Origin: Candidatus Cloacimonas sp.
Lineage (GTDB): Bacteria > Cloacimonadota > Cloacimonadia > Cloacimonadales > Cloacimonadaceae
Assembly (NCBI GenBank): GCA_040770845.1
Contig: JAXGIH010000001.1
Coordinates: 1 to 53,327 of the forward strand
Reading direction: 5' to 3'
DNA: 53,327 bases
A program made the position numbers and the translations under genes. The first letter of the stretch is position 1; each line of letters begins with the position of its first letter. Positions 1-14,530 of this stretch are shown in pieces. Below the pieces are notes generated by a model. The model saw nothing but the letters and a program-made list of their open reading frames with translations, made no database searches and was not told where the DNA came from.

Positions 1-3000
1 TTAAGCGTTTCCACAAATTTCTCTTCCTGAGCTACCTTTCCCATCAATTTTATGTTTTCAATTTCAGTTTCGTATTTAGTTATTGCTTGCGTTTTATTGC
101 TGTATTCATAACTGGAAATTTGTTCTGTGTATGGTGCTGGAGGATATAGCTGATGTGCAATATCAAATTCAATTAACTGTGGGTCTATTCCTTTTTCAAT
201 TAGCATATTATAATCCTTGCTGGCTTTTTTCCAGCTGGCGGTAAAGGTTTCTTTACCCAAAAGTGTTGTTTCAATAGGAAGCCAGTATTTTTTATTTTTA
301 TAGATGAACTGGCTTGGTTCAAAACCAAGAGAGAAAATCTCTTCCGTAGTTATTCCGGTATTGATAACCAGCATAACATGCCCCGGAATATCTATAAAAC
401 CGCATTCTACGCCTATTACCGATAAAGTAGCAGCCAATAGAGCAAGCAAATCGTCACAATCACCAGCTTTTTGAGTTAGGGTCTGAAAAGGAAATTGGAC
501 ATTATCTATTTCACTGCCGGTCAAATTAGCTGTAGACATATCCGGAATATATCTGATACCATTAGCACTATAAAAACACCAAACCTGAACTGCGCGTTGG
601 ATATTTTTATTAAGTTCTCCCACGGGTTGAGTTTTGAAAAGTTGAGTGATATGAGTATTTACGAAAGTGCGCAAATTTACATCTTCAGGATTTATAAAAC
701 AGGCATACTGTTTACGATCTTTCCAGTCCATAGCATTGATACCCTGTGCCTGAATAATGGCACTTTTATTAACAGCACCTTGTTTTTTGTTAAATATCCA
801 TTCAACCTCCAGATCCGCATTAAAAGTAGCGGAACCATTTTTGCAGATATCAAATATCCTGTTGTTGATAGGAGCTATAATATCCACGGTAAGTTCTTCA
901 CCACCCATTAAAGCCGGTATAATTTTCTTATAAGGACGATCTGTTATTTGGGGAATGGTTACAGTTACAGAAATATTCTCAATGGAAATTTCACGCGTAT
1001 TATAAAGGGTAACGGTTCCAATAGGATGGGTTTTATAATATTCGCAGAGGGCGGGAAAGACCTTGTAAAATTCAAGTTCTTAATTTCTATCTCATCTCTT
1101 GTTTCGTTATAATATTTCCTTGTTTCAGAAGTAGTTCTGGCTTTCTCCTGTAAAAGCTTATTATCAGGTGCATATTTAAGCGCAATTTGAATTTCTTTCA
1201 GGCATCATCATAGCGTTGCTCTTTAATTAGTAAATCATGATAGAATTCGTGATAAGCAGTTGTGGTGCTATCAGAAGCAATATATTGATAGATATTATCC
1301 ATCACCACTAACGCTTCAACTAGAATGCAATTCTTTTTCTAATGCTATGAGCATAGGCAAAACCGTATTTTACTTCAGCGGGCATTTTCTGATAAGCAAT
1401 AGCATATTCTTCGTTGCCTCATTCGCTTTCCGATTTTAGCATAAGCATTTCCCAGACAATAATAAAATTCTGCTTCGTTAGGATTGAGCTGGTCGCATCT
1501 ATATATTTATCAATGGCACTCGCATAATTTCCGGATGCAAAATAGCAATCACCAAGAAGTTTTTTTGAATAACATCCGCACCCTGGTTATTGAATCGCTG
1601 CAAAGTTCTTAATAAATTGATTGCGGTCTCATATTCTTTATTCAGCATTTACAGTTCACCCAGTTTAATATTATTATCAGATTATCTTCCACAGCAATCA
1701 ATTCCCGCATTGCAGATAAAGCATTGGCATAATTCTGCGGTTTTTCTTCAGCTAAGGCAAGATATCGGATTACTTCTTTATCGCGGTTAAAGTTAGCTAA
1801 ATAGGAATTACAGAGTTCCTTCACTTTAGCATAGTTTTTATCCATATAATACAATGCAATCAGCTCACGCATAATATTTTGGTCATCGTTTCTCTTAAAC
1901 TTTTCCAGGTAAGCAATACCCTGCTTATAATCCCCCATCATTCTGTATATTTCAGCTTTCCAGATGGCAGTATCTATCAGCACTCCCGTAATTTTTTCTA
2001 TAGAGTCAATGCTGGATAATGCCTTTTCAAATTCGTTCCGACTGATATACATTTGAGCTTCCAAAGTATAATTCTGCACTAATTCTTCTTTAAAATTAAC
2101 ACCTGAAAAGATTTTGGAAGCTCTATCCAATGCTACTGCTGCCTCTTTATAATTCTTATTCTGAGATAAATAACGGTAATAAGAATAAGCATCTTCAATT
2201 TCTTCCGAAGGTGGACCGCTTTTTCCATCAGCAGAAATTGACTGCACTTTATAGGTATTTATTTGTGTTTTCGGTTCGGTAATTACAAAACGCGGCTCAC
2301 TAACTTTATATGTTACACTTTGAATTCCATTGTTTTCAATTACTAACCAATTTGATATCCCTTCTGCTGCATCCCAGGAAAGTTCTGCCTGTTTATTCTG
2401 ATTTACTATAAAATGTATGGTCTGGGGTTTCTTGGGACTGAAGTAAAAAGTAAGTAGTCGTGTATTGACAGCCATTTTATCACAAATGTAAAGATTATTA
2501 TCAGTTGGATTATAACGGATTAATTCAATTTCTGCAAAACCGGGGAAAATACCGTTAGCATTTTTGGTAAAGTACTGATGTTCTGTATTGTTATTATAAA
2601 TAATGTTCAACTGCTGTGTTAATCCGTCAATATAGCCAATCCTGTTTTCGTATAAAACATCAAAAGTGCTTATTCTATTAGCTGAAACTAATAGTTTTAA
2701 GTTTTTGTCATCATCCAGGGACATCTTATAAATAGCCGAATTATTTGCCAGAAAATATAGTGTTTGACCACTAATCCGCAATAATTGAGGTTTTAAATTT
2801 TTGCTCTTAAAATCTAAATTAAGCATATGAGCAGAATTTTCATTAAAGATAGCAATCCGAAAATTATCCCTGTCTGCAATATAAATTAAACCATCGGAAG
2901 AAATGGCTATACTAACAGGCATATTCAATCGTCCATTCTGATTTCCTTTTCCGCCAAAGGAATCCATATAATCACCCGTTAATGCATTATAAATAAAAAC

Positions 3001-4197
3001 CTTGCAGGATTTACTATCTACTGCATACAATTTATTATTAAAGACGGCAATAGCATCGTAACCTTTCACTCCTCTTTTCCCTTCAGTTACAGCATAAATA
3101 TTAAAAATGTTGCCGTTATCATCTTTACAGGTAATGGCATCGGTGGTCTTTTTAGCTTTATTATACTGCACTGTGGTTGTATGAACATAATATTTTCTGC
3201 CGTCTTGAACAAGATAATCCTTGGCTTTCGGTGCAGTATTTTCCAGCAACTTGGGTCGTATTGTAAAAGGAGGTTTTTGCAACACATTCATTGTAGAAAA
3301 CTCGCTATCCAGATAGAGTTTAAGAGTTCGGACTTTGCTGTCCAATATCCCTAAAAGAACTTTTCCATTGTTATCTACTGTTTTGATAATAGTTGGCTTT
3401 TGAAAAGAAACCAGAGATACATTAGTATCTTTTGAACCCCAGGTTGATCGGGGAAATAGGTGTCCGGAAGCATCTGTCTTGCCAATCTTGGTACTCAGAG
3501 CATAAATAACATAATACTCATTATATTGATTAATGGCAGAATCGGCAATTTTATCTGCTTTGCTATCTGGAGTAGAAAATGTAAAGCTACCGCAGGGTGT
3601 AAGATTATGATCAAAATGCAGCATTGCCTGATTTCTGCCTTTGTTTATCAGAATATGAATTACCTGGTCTTCTCCCAAACACATAGATATAGGTGCCATA
3701 ACCGAAATTTTACCCGTAAACATACCTTCATTGGTAAAAGAAAGCAATTCATTTCTTCCTGCATCCAAAACATAAATAAAGCCCTGATAATTTACCAGAA
3801 TGCGAATAGCTTTTTTAAACTGAACAGCTGGTGAACCCTTAAAAGATATAGTTCTTAAATAGTTGCCGTCGTATCCATATAAATAAATTGAGCTGGCTTT
3901 GGAATCCAGAATATATAAAGTTGTTTCATCTCCTGTAATATCATCCGCTTTGCCAGCATAAGGAAGTTTGGTAAATATCGGTTGCAAAAATTCTTTCTTG
4001 CTAGCATCCCATGCTTTAATTATGCCTTTTGTATTATCTACACAATATGCAACACTACCCTGAAGATGAAAACAATCAACTCCAAAGGAATTAACCTTAT
4101 CTGTAGAAACAGGAACTATATGCACCGGCTGAGGAATTGCTAATAGCGATACCCAACTAATCAAGATAATTGCAATCAGGAAAAGGGATTTTTTCAT
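1..4197 (-). CDS. Large secreted protein: NHL/6-bladed beta-propeller repeats, FN3-like domain, TPR repeats and C-terminal transglutaminase-like domain; frameshifted near 1640 and further downstream, 3' end at or near window edge
   Basis: ORF 1642-4197 has a signal peptide, NHL motifs (GRLNMPVSIAISSDGLIYIADRDNFRI) and TPR-like helices. The minus strand at ~480-250 continues as QFPFQTLTQKAGDCDDLLALLAATLSVIGVECGFIDIPGHVML...WLPIETT. Confidence 0.7.
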
Positions 4198-4469
4198 ATT
4201 TACTCCCTATTTTTTCATAATCTAAATTATGTTATCTTCACACAGCATCAAATCTTAAAAACCTCCTTTTTCAAGAGGGCTTTAAGCCGACAAATCCATT
4301 TGTTTTACGCAGAGATAATAACCAGTTCTTCAACTTTATATCCTCCACTTTTATCTTTTTTTCTCTTACTCCAAATTATGTTATTCTGTCAAGGAAAAAC
4401 TTATCCTGCAAAAGCTACATTTTTTTTAACAATATATTTGGAACGAAGTTAATTGTAAAAAAAAGCACC

Positions 4470-5610
4470 TTTTAGCGGATAACTCCTAATTGCATTTCTT
4501 AAGTATATTTGTAAGCATTTTAAACTTGTCTGTAAGGAAGCTCCTGTGGCATAGTTATTCACATCGCTATCATCATTTTTGCCGGCACCGTAAAGATAAA
4601 AGTTTTAACATATCTTTAACCAGCTCGGATACTGTTTCCATTCAGTTCATCCCAAGGTCTTTTAGCCAGCCACCTGCAATGAATAAAGTATGTTTATCTG
4701 TTACAGGAAAACGGATTGAACCGACAGCACTAATAAAAGCTTATCCTTGTGCCGATCGTACAAATTGCGGTCCCAGTATAAATCTAAACCGTCATGAATA
4801 GCATTAATTCCATAAATAAAGAGTCCATTTTGGTAATATGGACTATATGTAACCAAAGCATTTTCAGAAGCAAAGAACATCCGCTCCCAGTTGAATAGAG
4901 GTAAGATCCCCATAAGCTTTAACGGAAGCCCCAATTCCGATTTCATCATCACCATCAATAAATTGATAGCATAGAAGGAATTAACATCGATAGTTGCTGG
5001 GCCTGCTTCTATTGTTGCGCCAAAAGAGCAACAGAGTAACTTCACCATCATCCGGTATATCATTATAGCCAATAAAACCATTCACACCCCAGTCAACTGG
5101 AGATGTTGCTGCCAAAGAGCCAACCAAAACAGTATAATCATCGTGCTTATAATGAAAGCCCTCGTAATTTTCAGAAACCCAGCTTGCAAATTTATACCCT
5201 CAAAATCTGTATTAAGCATTACTCCAGCAAAATAATCGCTAAGACCAAGCCGCGATGATCTGCCCAATATTGTAGTCCGATTTTAATATTTGTATTGATG
5301 GATTGCATCAGATAATCCAGATACAATTCACTGGTTTTTACATTTACTCCGTTGGTTCTAATGCCTGCAGAATTATTTTCGCCCAGTAAATTTCTCCAAT
5401 CTGAAGCTGCTCTGAAATCCAGTCCATTTGTGATATTGGGATCAAATCCCATTCGCAAACGACTGTTAATATCGCCTCCGTCATTTTTATAAGGATTGTT
5501 GTAAGCAGCACCCCGTGTGAGCAATTCACCTTCATATTTAAAATCAATTGCACCCAAAATGCCGATCAACAATAGGGTTGAAGTGAGAACAAAGAACTTT
5601 TTTCTTTTTT
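4470..5610 (-). CDS. Putative exported outer-membrane beta-barrel/porin-like protein, fragmented by frameshifts
   Basis: Consecutive minus-strand fragments (5219-5572, 5082-5267, 4701-5081): signal-peptide-like start, then alternating beta-strand patterns (SRLRMGFD, ELYLDY, NIKIGLQYWAD). Confidence 0.4.
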
Positions 5611-5978
5611 CTCCTTTTTTATTTGTTTTTTAGTTATATGATAATTCATTACCCTACCAATGTCAAGTGAATAACTATAAAAAAGCATTCGTCTACAATT
5701 ATTCCGAAAATAAAAAAACATTGTGTCAGCTTTATGAGAGCATTAAAAATTATTTCCTGCTGAAACATTGTAGCAGTTCAAATCAATATAACCACATCGG
5801 AACCTTTTAAAATTTCCCGTTCCATTGAAGTAATAGAAAATAATCAAAATTCGGATGTCTGCAGCTGGATATGCAAATTTTACTGGAACCGTATTATCGT
5901 TTTTATAAGGTCGTAGCAGTTAGATAAAACTTATCCTCTATTAATAAATATGCTTAAGATTTAGCTAAATTGGTGTTG

Positions 5979-7074
5979 TTAGTAAAATTCAGAAGGTTTC
6001 AAATTTAGCTCCTTTTGGATAATTTGCAAATTTTTTTCCAGATTGGGATTGATAGGAACGCCTTGTTTACGAACTTTTTGTTCTATCTCGTATTCTTTTT
6101 CGCCTGCCACATAGATTCTTGTTTTACCAGGAAAAAAAGTTGTGAATTTTGTAAGTCCCTACAGATAGAGGTAGTTATTTTTGAAGTCCTCTAAATCCGT
6201 GAAAAAACTCAATATTAATTGCCATAAAGAAATGTCCTAAACGGTAGGAGCGGGTTTGCACCTGTTCATCTTCTCCCATTAATCCGTTTAAATAATTCCC
6301 GTTTTGCAAAGCTGCACAAACTATTTCCACAACGATTCTTTTAGTCCATAGCCCTTATGGCTTCCGGTAATTTCTTCGGTTCCACACAAGGGTAACATTG
6401 CCGCTTTTGTTTTAATAAATCAATCAACAGACCTTTTGTATCTGTGTAGGGTTTTTCCTTCCAAATCAATAGCCCAGCCAAGAGGAGTTTCTTTTTCTTC
6501 ACGAGCCAGTTGTTCCACTTTTCCTCTTTGGGAAATGGATGTAGCAGCATCATATAAAAAAGGATAGGGCAAATCTGTTGGAGCGCCAAAACATATAGGA
6601 TTAGTCCCTAAAATGGGAGAAGCACCATTGGTAGGACAAATTGAAGGTCGGGCATTGGAAGCAAACAACCCAATCATATTTTGTTTAACTGCCATTTCTG
6701 CATAATAACTACCCTTGTTAAAAATGGGTAGAATTCCGAACAGCAATAGCTCACAAGCCATATTCTTTTGCTTTGTCAATTGCTGTCTGCATCGCTTTTT
6801 TACTGATTACTTGTCCCATTCCATTATTTCCATCCCAAACGGCATTGGCATATTTATCGCGGATTACATCAATGTTGGTAACAGGATTTTGAATTCCAGC
6901 TTTAATTCTATCATAATACATTTTTAGTCGTCAAATTCCGTGTAATTCAATCCCTTTTAAGTCACTGGCAATTAATACATCGCTGCAAATTTGTGCCTCT
7001 TCTTCGGGCACTCCCAATTTAATAAAGACCTCTTGCATAAAACTTTGCAAAATATCAACGGGTAAATATTTCAT
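5979..7074 (-). CDS. Ldh_2 family (malate/L-lactate/ureidoglycolate-type) NAD(P)-dependent oxidoreductase, frameshifted
   Basis: Starts MKYLPVDILQSFMQEVFIKLGVPEEEAQICSDVLIASDLKG; contains NARPSICPTNGASPILGTNPICFGAP and FLYDAATS. Confidence 0.85.
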
Positions 7075-7119
7075 CGGTAATTCCACTTTTTGTTATTTTC
7101 TTCAAAAATAACAGCTTTC

Positions 7120-8274
7120 AGAGAAAGCCATTCGAATTAACACTTGCATAAGTATGTGTGTAAGCACCGGTAGAAAAAATATAAACTTTATCTGCAGGAA
7201 CTGTTCCATCAGGAGCATCCGATAACGATAATGCTCATATAAAATATCCATACTGTCACAGGTTGAATCACCTGCTAAAATAATTTCTTCCGCTAATCCT
7301 TTCATAGGAAAATAAATCAGGATTTAATGGATTCATCTATGGTCTCGATCAAACCGCCAAATTTTCACATATCCAAATAAACCCATTGATACAGGTTATT
7401 TTAGATTTACGAGCTATATTGATAACTTCCAGAAATAATTACACCCGCATCTTACCTTTAGGGAACAAACCTGGTTCTGAAATAATTTCCAAAGCAGTTC
7501 ACCAAAATCCCTCCATTATAAAACGCTGGATTTCAGTTGCATATTCATGAATAGAAAAAGTGGGATCAACATAGTTAGCAGGAAAACCACCTCCAATATT
7601 AATCATTTTTAATTCAATTCCTTCTTCGGCAACTGCACACATCTAAAAAGATATTTACAACGTGCTACTGCATCATCCCACTGACCAATATCTCGTTGTT
7701 GAGAGCCCACATGAAAAGAAATTCCCCAAGGTTGTAAATTCATTTTGGACGCTTTAACTATTAAGTGATATATTGGCAATGGGATGCGAACCAAATTTTC
7801 GGGAAAAGGCCAGTCCGCACCTGTGCCTTCTGTTAAAATCCGAGACCAGACCTTTGAACCCGGAGCATATTTTGCCAAGTTGGCAAGATCAATCTTACTA
7901 TCAGTCGTAAAAAAGACGGACACCTTTTTCGTAAAAATACTTAATATCATTTTACTTTTTGATTGTGTTCCCGAAACTTAAACGTTGGTTCAATTCCCAA
8001 ATTCAATAGATGGTCAAGTTCATAAGGGAGCAGATCAAAAATTCGCACCAAGTTCATTTAATAACATAATAATTTCAGGCATAGGATTTGCTTTCACGGC
8101 GTAAATTTTGTAGTCAGGCATACTTGCCTGCAGTTCCAAATACTTATTACGGACTATCTCCAAATCCACAATCAAACAAGGAGTAGGAAATCTTTGGCAA
8201 AGGACTTAATTTTTTCAAATCGCTTTTCGTCCCATAAAGCGGTTGATATTAAAGGTATACGGTTCTTTATACAA
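7120..8274 (-). CDS. Type III PLP-dependent ornithine/lysine decarboxylase, frameshifted
   Basis: Motifs YAVKANP (PLP Lys), SFHVGSQQRDIGQWD, NIGGGFP and STCDSMD read across shifted frames. Confidence 0.85.
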
Positions 8275-8347
8275 TGTTTTGTCCTCTTTTACTTATATTC
8301 AATTTTCCTAAAATTCACAAAGCTACTTAATGTCAAATAAAAAGTAG

Positions 8348-8378
8348 TTGACACTTTAGCTATTGCATTATAATAATT
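8348..8378 (+). promoter_or_regulatory. Putative sigma70 promoter for mnmA; a divergent TTGACA on the minus strand at ~8331-8336 may serve the decarboxylase
   Basis: TTGACA followed by TATAATAAT about 25 bp before the ATG at 8402; spacing is imperfect. Confidence 0.45.
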
Positions 8379-8401
8379 TGTAATAAGATCAAGGATATAA
8401 A

Positions 8402-9546
8402 ATGCAAAATATCCTTAGTGTAGCAGTGAGATCAACGGAGGGACAAACTCCGCGATGGCTGCTTATTTATTAAAAGAAGACGGTTACAAGAGTAATTGGC
8501 AGCATCACAATGCAAACTTATGCGCTGAGAGCAGAGAAATGGATAACACAAATAAAAAGTGGCTGTTTTGGTCCCGCACAGAAAGAAAATATAGGTCGCA
8601 CGCAGCTATGCCAATAAATTGGGTATTGAGCATCATATTATTCCTTGCAGGAGGAATTTCAACATAAGAGTAATTACCTATTTTTGTGAGACATACAAAG
8701 CAGGAAAAACACCTAATCTGTTTGGTCTGTAATGCTTATATTAAGTTTGCCTTATTACCCGAAAAAGCTTACACATTCATTGGGCTAAACTTTGACTATT
8801 TTTGCTACCGGACATTATGCTAAGCTCAGTTTAATAAAGACCTTAACCGCTATCAAATAAGAATAGCGAAGGATTTGCATAAAGATCAATCCTATTTTTT
8901 AGCTTTTTATCGCAGGAACAACTGGCACAAACCTTTTCCTTTAGGAATTATACCAAGCAGGAAATTAAAAAAATGGCGGATGAAAAGGGATTGATGAACT
9001 TGTTTCCGCAAAGAAAGCCAGATTTTATACAAAATTCCGATTGGGATATTGCTTTTAAGCCCGATGACTTTGTCCATAGGAGAAATTGTAGATATAAATG
9101 GAAATGTTCTTGGAAGGCATAAAGGAATTATCAATTACACAATTGGACAAAGAAGAAATTTAGGGATAAGCGGTTTACCCGAACCATATTATATCATAGC
9201 AATAGACGCAAAAAAATAGGATTGTTATAGGTCATAAGAGTAATTTGTATCAAAAACAATGCAAGGCAATCAATATGAACTGGGTGTCTATTCCTGCACC
9301 AGAAAAAAATTCAGAGCAAAAGCTAAAATACGCTTTTTGCATACACCAGCAGGAGATAATGTTCTTAACCCCTATAGATGATCGCCATATAGAAGTGGTT
9401 TTAGTAAACCCCAGCTTGCTATAACACCGGGACAGGGATTAGTTTTATACTTAAGGGACTTACTTTTAGGAGGCGGATTTATTGCACTTTCTAATGATAA
9501 GAATTCAGAACAAAAAGGTTTAGAAGGTCTGATGGCTGAAAGTTGA
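8402..9546 (+). CDS. mnmA: tRNA 2-thiouridine(34) synthase MnmA, heavily frameshifted
   Basis: [52 protein letters not shown] and GGGFI motifs across frames. Confidence 0.9.
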
Positions 9547-9750
9547 GATTTTTAAAAGCCCTGTAGTCAAATTCAATAATAGCGATCATTGTGTAACCCC
9601 TTCCCAAAAGTACCTAATAACGGTAGTAATTAATTATTGATAAAGTAGAGACCGCTGTCATTACTCCTTTGGGTCATAGCATTCATTACAAAATGTTTTT
9701 ATTTGCGCCCAAACCAACCCCTGACCTATAATACTAAACTATTTCCCACT

Positions 9751-9845
9751 CCTTGCCTTATTAGTTATGGTAGAGATACGGTGGTGCTTCTCGAGAGCGG
9801 CTCACTGATTAGCACCATAGCTCCACGATAACTAATTAAGGAAGG
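9751..9845. repeat. Imperfect ~95 bp intergenic inverted repeat
   Basis: CCTTGCCTTATTAGTTATGGTAGAGATACGGTGGTGCT pairs imperfectly with AGCACCATAGCTCCACGATAACTAATTAAGGAAGG. Confidence 0.6.
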
Positions 9846-9847
9846 AT

Positions 9848-9880
9848 AAAAAAAGAATAGCGGGAGAATTATCCCGCTAT
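9848..9880 (-). terminator. Rho-independent terminator downstream of pck
   Basis: Stem ATAGCGGGA/TCCCGCTAT with an A-run on the left, giving a U-tract on the minus strand. Confidence 0.7.
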
Positions 9881-10020
9881 CTATTAAACATTCTTAGGGC
9901 AAGTTACTTTTTACTACATAATTTAAAGGACTTTAAAGAAGGATACATTCGGCATTTACCCAATGGAACTTGGCAACTCTTTTTTATTATGCTTATTGAG
10001 AAATATGCCAGTGTATAAGT

Positions 10021-11748
10021 TTAATCAGCATTTACCTGTAATGACTGGATCATTTTCTGTTCGGTCTTTCGGTTAAATCAACTGCTTAAGTAAAAAAGTC
10101 CTTTCTTTGCCTAAATCTATCTTTCAGCAAGGCAATATATTTATCGTAGTTACCGCGCAGTTCGGTATTATATTTATCATATTAACACTTGGTAAAATGG
10201 CTTCAACGGACTCTCTGGTAGGGATCATTTGCTCTATGGTAATGAAATCCGGTTCCCATTGCAACTGGTCATCAAAATAGCGGTCTGCAGAGTCAGCGAA
10301 GTATTCAAGGGTATTGGTTCAAGAATAATAATTGAATTCTTTCCAATAACCACGCAGGTGAAACAATAAAAATCCGCACCGGTTTCAGCTACTTTTAAAA
10401 ATGCTTCCACATCCCGATAGGTTCATAAACCCGAAAAGGATTGGCAAAAGGTTCAAAAACGAGTTTATTCAATTCTTCTTCGGTAACATTTTCGGCACGA
10501 TTGCGGCGCAGATCATTAAGGCGGCTCCCATTGCGATTGCCAGATATTTATTTTCCAATCGTAAAACTGGAGGCAATACAGATCCTTCATTAACCAAACT
10601 AATGCTTTAGGGAAAACCACAGCAGTCCACATATTTTCCTAACAGTGAACGGTCAAAAAGCGCTCTACCATTGGAATTGCGAATATCCTGTCCATAAGGT
10701 ATAAGTTTGCCGTTAACATCTAAAACTGTATGATTCATCAGAGCTAAAGTATATTTCCAGTCAGGATGATTTACTGGACGGCTATCAGTTTATCAAATAA
10801 AGTAGGTTCCCAAACGCGACAAAGCTTATTCTCAGAGTCAATCTGGAAAGTATCATCGTGTAAAACAACCTTGGAAAAGCCACCAGGCAAAGTTCCTGCA
10901 TTATCAGCATTATTGGTATGGCTGGATTTTCCCGTGCCGGAAAGGCCGTAAAAGGCGATTGACCTTTTTACCCAATTTATGGTATTCAGGATTTATACAG
11001 GTTGTGAAATCAATTTCTTTAATTCCGCCATGACAGGCAGCCATTCCAATTCTAATACCTGAAGTCAAACCATAGTTAAAGTTCCTTTTTTACGTTCACC
11101 AAAATAACGCATACCCAGGTTTACGATCACATTGTGTTTTTCATCCACCAAAGCCAGTTGCGGTGCCCCCACATTATTGTAAAAATCGTCATCGCAAGGT
11201 CATTCATTAAAAGCAACCAGAATAATATCTTGAATAGGCAGCTTGAGGCTTGCCTCATGTGCTCTTTCGGCCGATTCGTAAGGAGCAAAATTTAGCAGCC
11301 AAAAAAATACATTAGCTGCGTCGCTTTCAGTAGTAATAAGGTCGCTTTCAACATCAGGTCTTGATCCATACCTAAAATTGCTTCGGCTTTAATAAGCGGA
11401 TAATGTTGCATTTGCCAAACTGCTTCATGAAATCTCCCTCAACCTTATTTTCTAGGAAGGATTTAACCGATGGTAAAACCTGCGGGCTTTTGCTGTTCTG
11501 CCAATTATGTTACCGTGACAATCGTTGATAACTTTGGCATCTTCCGGAAGATGGTGAAGTTTAACAAATTCCGGATACATCCGGCAAATCGGTAACACTT
11601 ACACCTGGTTGTTTTTTTGCCAAATCGTATGCTTCGCGAATGTCTACTTTCCGAACTAAATGGTTATTCATCAAGGTCTCGGCAATGGCTCGGACAGGAA
11701 CATTTCTTTAATGTTGGAATAATATTCCACACTGCTCTTGCTTGCCAT
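10021..11748 (-). CDS. pckA: Phosphoenolpyruvate carboxykinase (ATP), frameshifted
   Basis: Starts MASKSSVEYYSNI after a GGAGG RBS; has LGMRYFGERKKGTLT, MAACHGG, P-loop AFYGLSGTGKSSHTN and LHDDTF. Confidence 0.85.
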
Positions 11749-11809
11749 TTTGTTCCTCCATATATGGCTTATTTTGCTGTTCAAAATTTGAGATGATACC
11801 TATTATAAA

Positions 11810-12977
<1,168 letters not shown>

Positions 12978-12987
12978 ACTTTCCTCT

Positions 12988-14046
12988 TTATATTATTTTT
13001 AAAGCCCTTCAGGTTAGTATACAAGACCCTGATGAGATTGTATGTTAAATAAACAAGTGGTACTGAAATAAACATCAGAGAATGCCTCCATACCAACCAC
13101 CGGCAATTAAAGTAAGAAGAACTAACAAAGGACTCTTGCATTTTAATTGTTCCTCACAAACAACAGGATATACTATCATATTATCAATCAACTGCACGAG
13201 TATACATCGTCAGAATTACAGTAATTACATAAAGAATAGAACCCCCGTTAAACAAAACTGTTACAACCGCTAAAGCTCCACCTAAAGGTCGAAATAGGTA
13301 TTGTTGCCGCACCTGCTGTAACCCCGATTAAAATGGAATATGGTACTCCTACAATCGTTAAAGCAGTAGAAGCTAAAATACTGACTGCTATAATTTCAAA
13401 CAAGATGGCTCGTAAAAAGTTACCTATTGTGCTATCTATTTTGCACATCATAATGATACAAAGTTCAAAATAGCGGTTATTAAACATTTTTGAATTCCTT
13501 TCCGCAACTTGTATTTATCCTTCAAAAGAAAGAAAGAAATTAAAGGGACTGTGGCAATAATGGAAATGGTGGAAAAAATCTTTTTATAATTATCTATCAG
13601 TAACTAGGAATTTACAGCTAAAAAGACATTAGTTTGGTCTAAAATATCCACCAGCTTATCAGCCATTTCCAAACCGGAATCACGAGGTGTCCAATCCCAG
13701 TAAAAATTCATATATTCTTCTAATAAAAGGCAGAGTTATGATATATTGCCCCGTTAGCTGTTCTCACTGCTTGAAATATTAAAAGGTTATTACCTTGCTG
13801 AACTAAACCTGGAACCAAACGAGAAGAAAATAGGCAATGATTCACGCCGCAATTGCCAAAATAAATTATTAAAACTGCAAGCCAACGCGGAAACTTTTTT
13901 TCTTTTTCAAACCAGCTGACAAAAGGATCAAGAATATAGGAGAAGATAAAGGCATAAATCAAATAGTAAATTATGGGATAAAAAAACAATCCCAATACAA
14001 GCAACGCAAGTAATAAAATATAAAAAATCCACTTCGTCCAGTTCAT
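12988..14046 (-). CDS. AI-2E family transporter, frameshifted
   Basis: Hydrophobic fragments with FSYILDPFVSWFE...PRWLAVLIIY, ISFFLLKD and IGNFLRAILFE. Confidence 0.8.
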
Positions 14047-14527
14047 AGTTCTTTTTTCTTTTCGGAAATGAAATAGTGAAAATATAGTTACTCAATGTTT
14101 GACAGAATGCTGTTAACATTTTAACACCTATATGGGGATTCTGATTGAACAAATCCTTTAAATCAAAACGCGAAACTGCATAAGCTGTTACTTCAGTTAA
14201 TGCGGTTGCTGAACTGCTGCGGATTTCTTCTTTAAACATATCAATCAAACCTAAAATCTGAAACTCGCGAACAATAAAGCGACCTTTAGGATGAGTAGGA
14301 CCTGTTACTTCTACTTTTACCGGAAAGAATAAAATAAATCACTTCCAGAGGATGATCTTTATCGTAAAGCAGCTCTCCCTTATTAAACTTGCGCTGATGT
14401 AAAAAGTTATTCAGCAAATAAGGCTCAAAGAGCTGAGTTCACTTAAAACAGGAAACTTTTTTAAGTCCGCATATTTATCCGGTTTTTTCCAGATTGTTTT
14501 CAGCCAGTCCAATTTATCTTTAATCAT
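14040..14527 (-). CDS. Cyclic nucleotide-binding domain protein, frameshifted
   Basis: Starts MIKDKLDWLK...LKKFPVLSELS; continues HQRKFNKGELLYDKDHPLEVIYF and EIRSSSATALTE (cNMP fold pattern). Confidence 0.7.
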
Positions 14528-14530
14528 TTC

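Noticed and set aside
495-911. Plus-strand 138 aa ORF and similar antisense ORFs (e.g. 3460-3834, 15581-15979, 24951-25361, 52906-53127)
   Set aside because: Shadows of well-supported genes on the opposite strand
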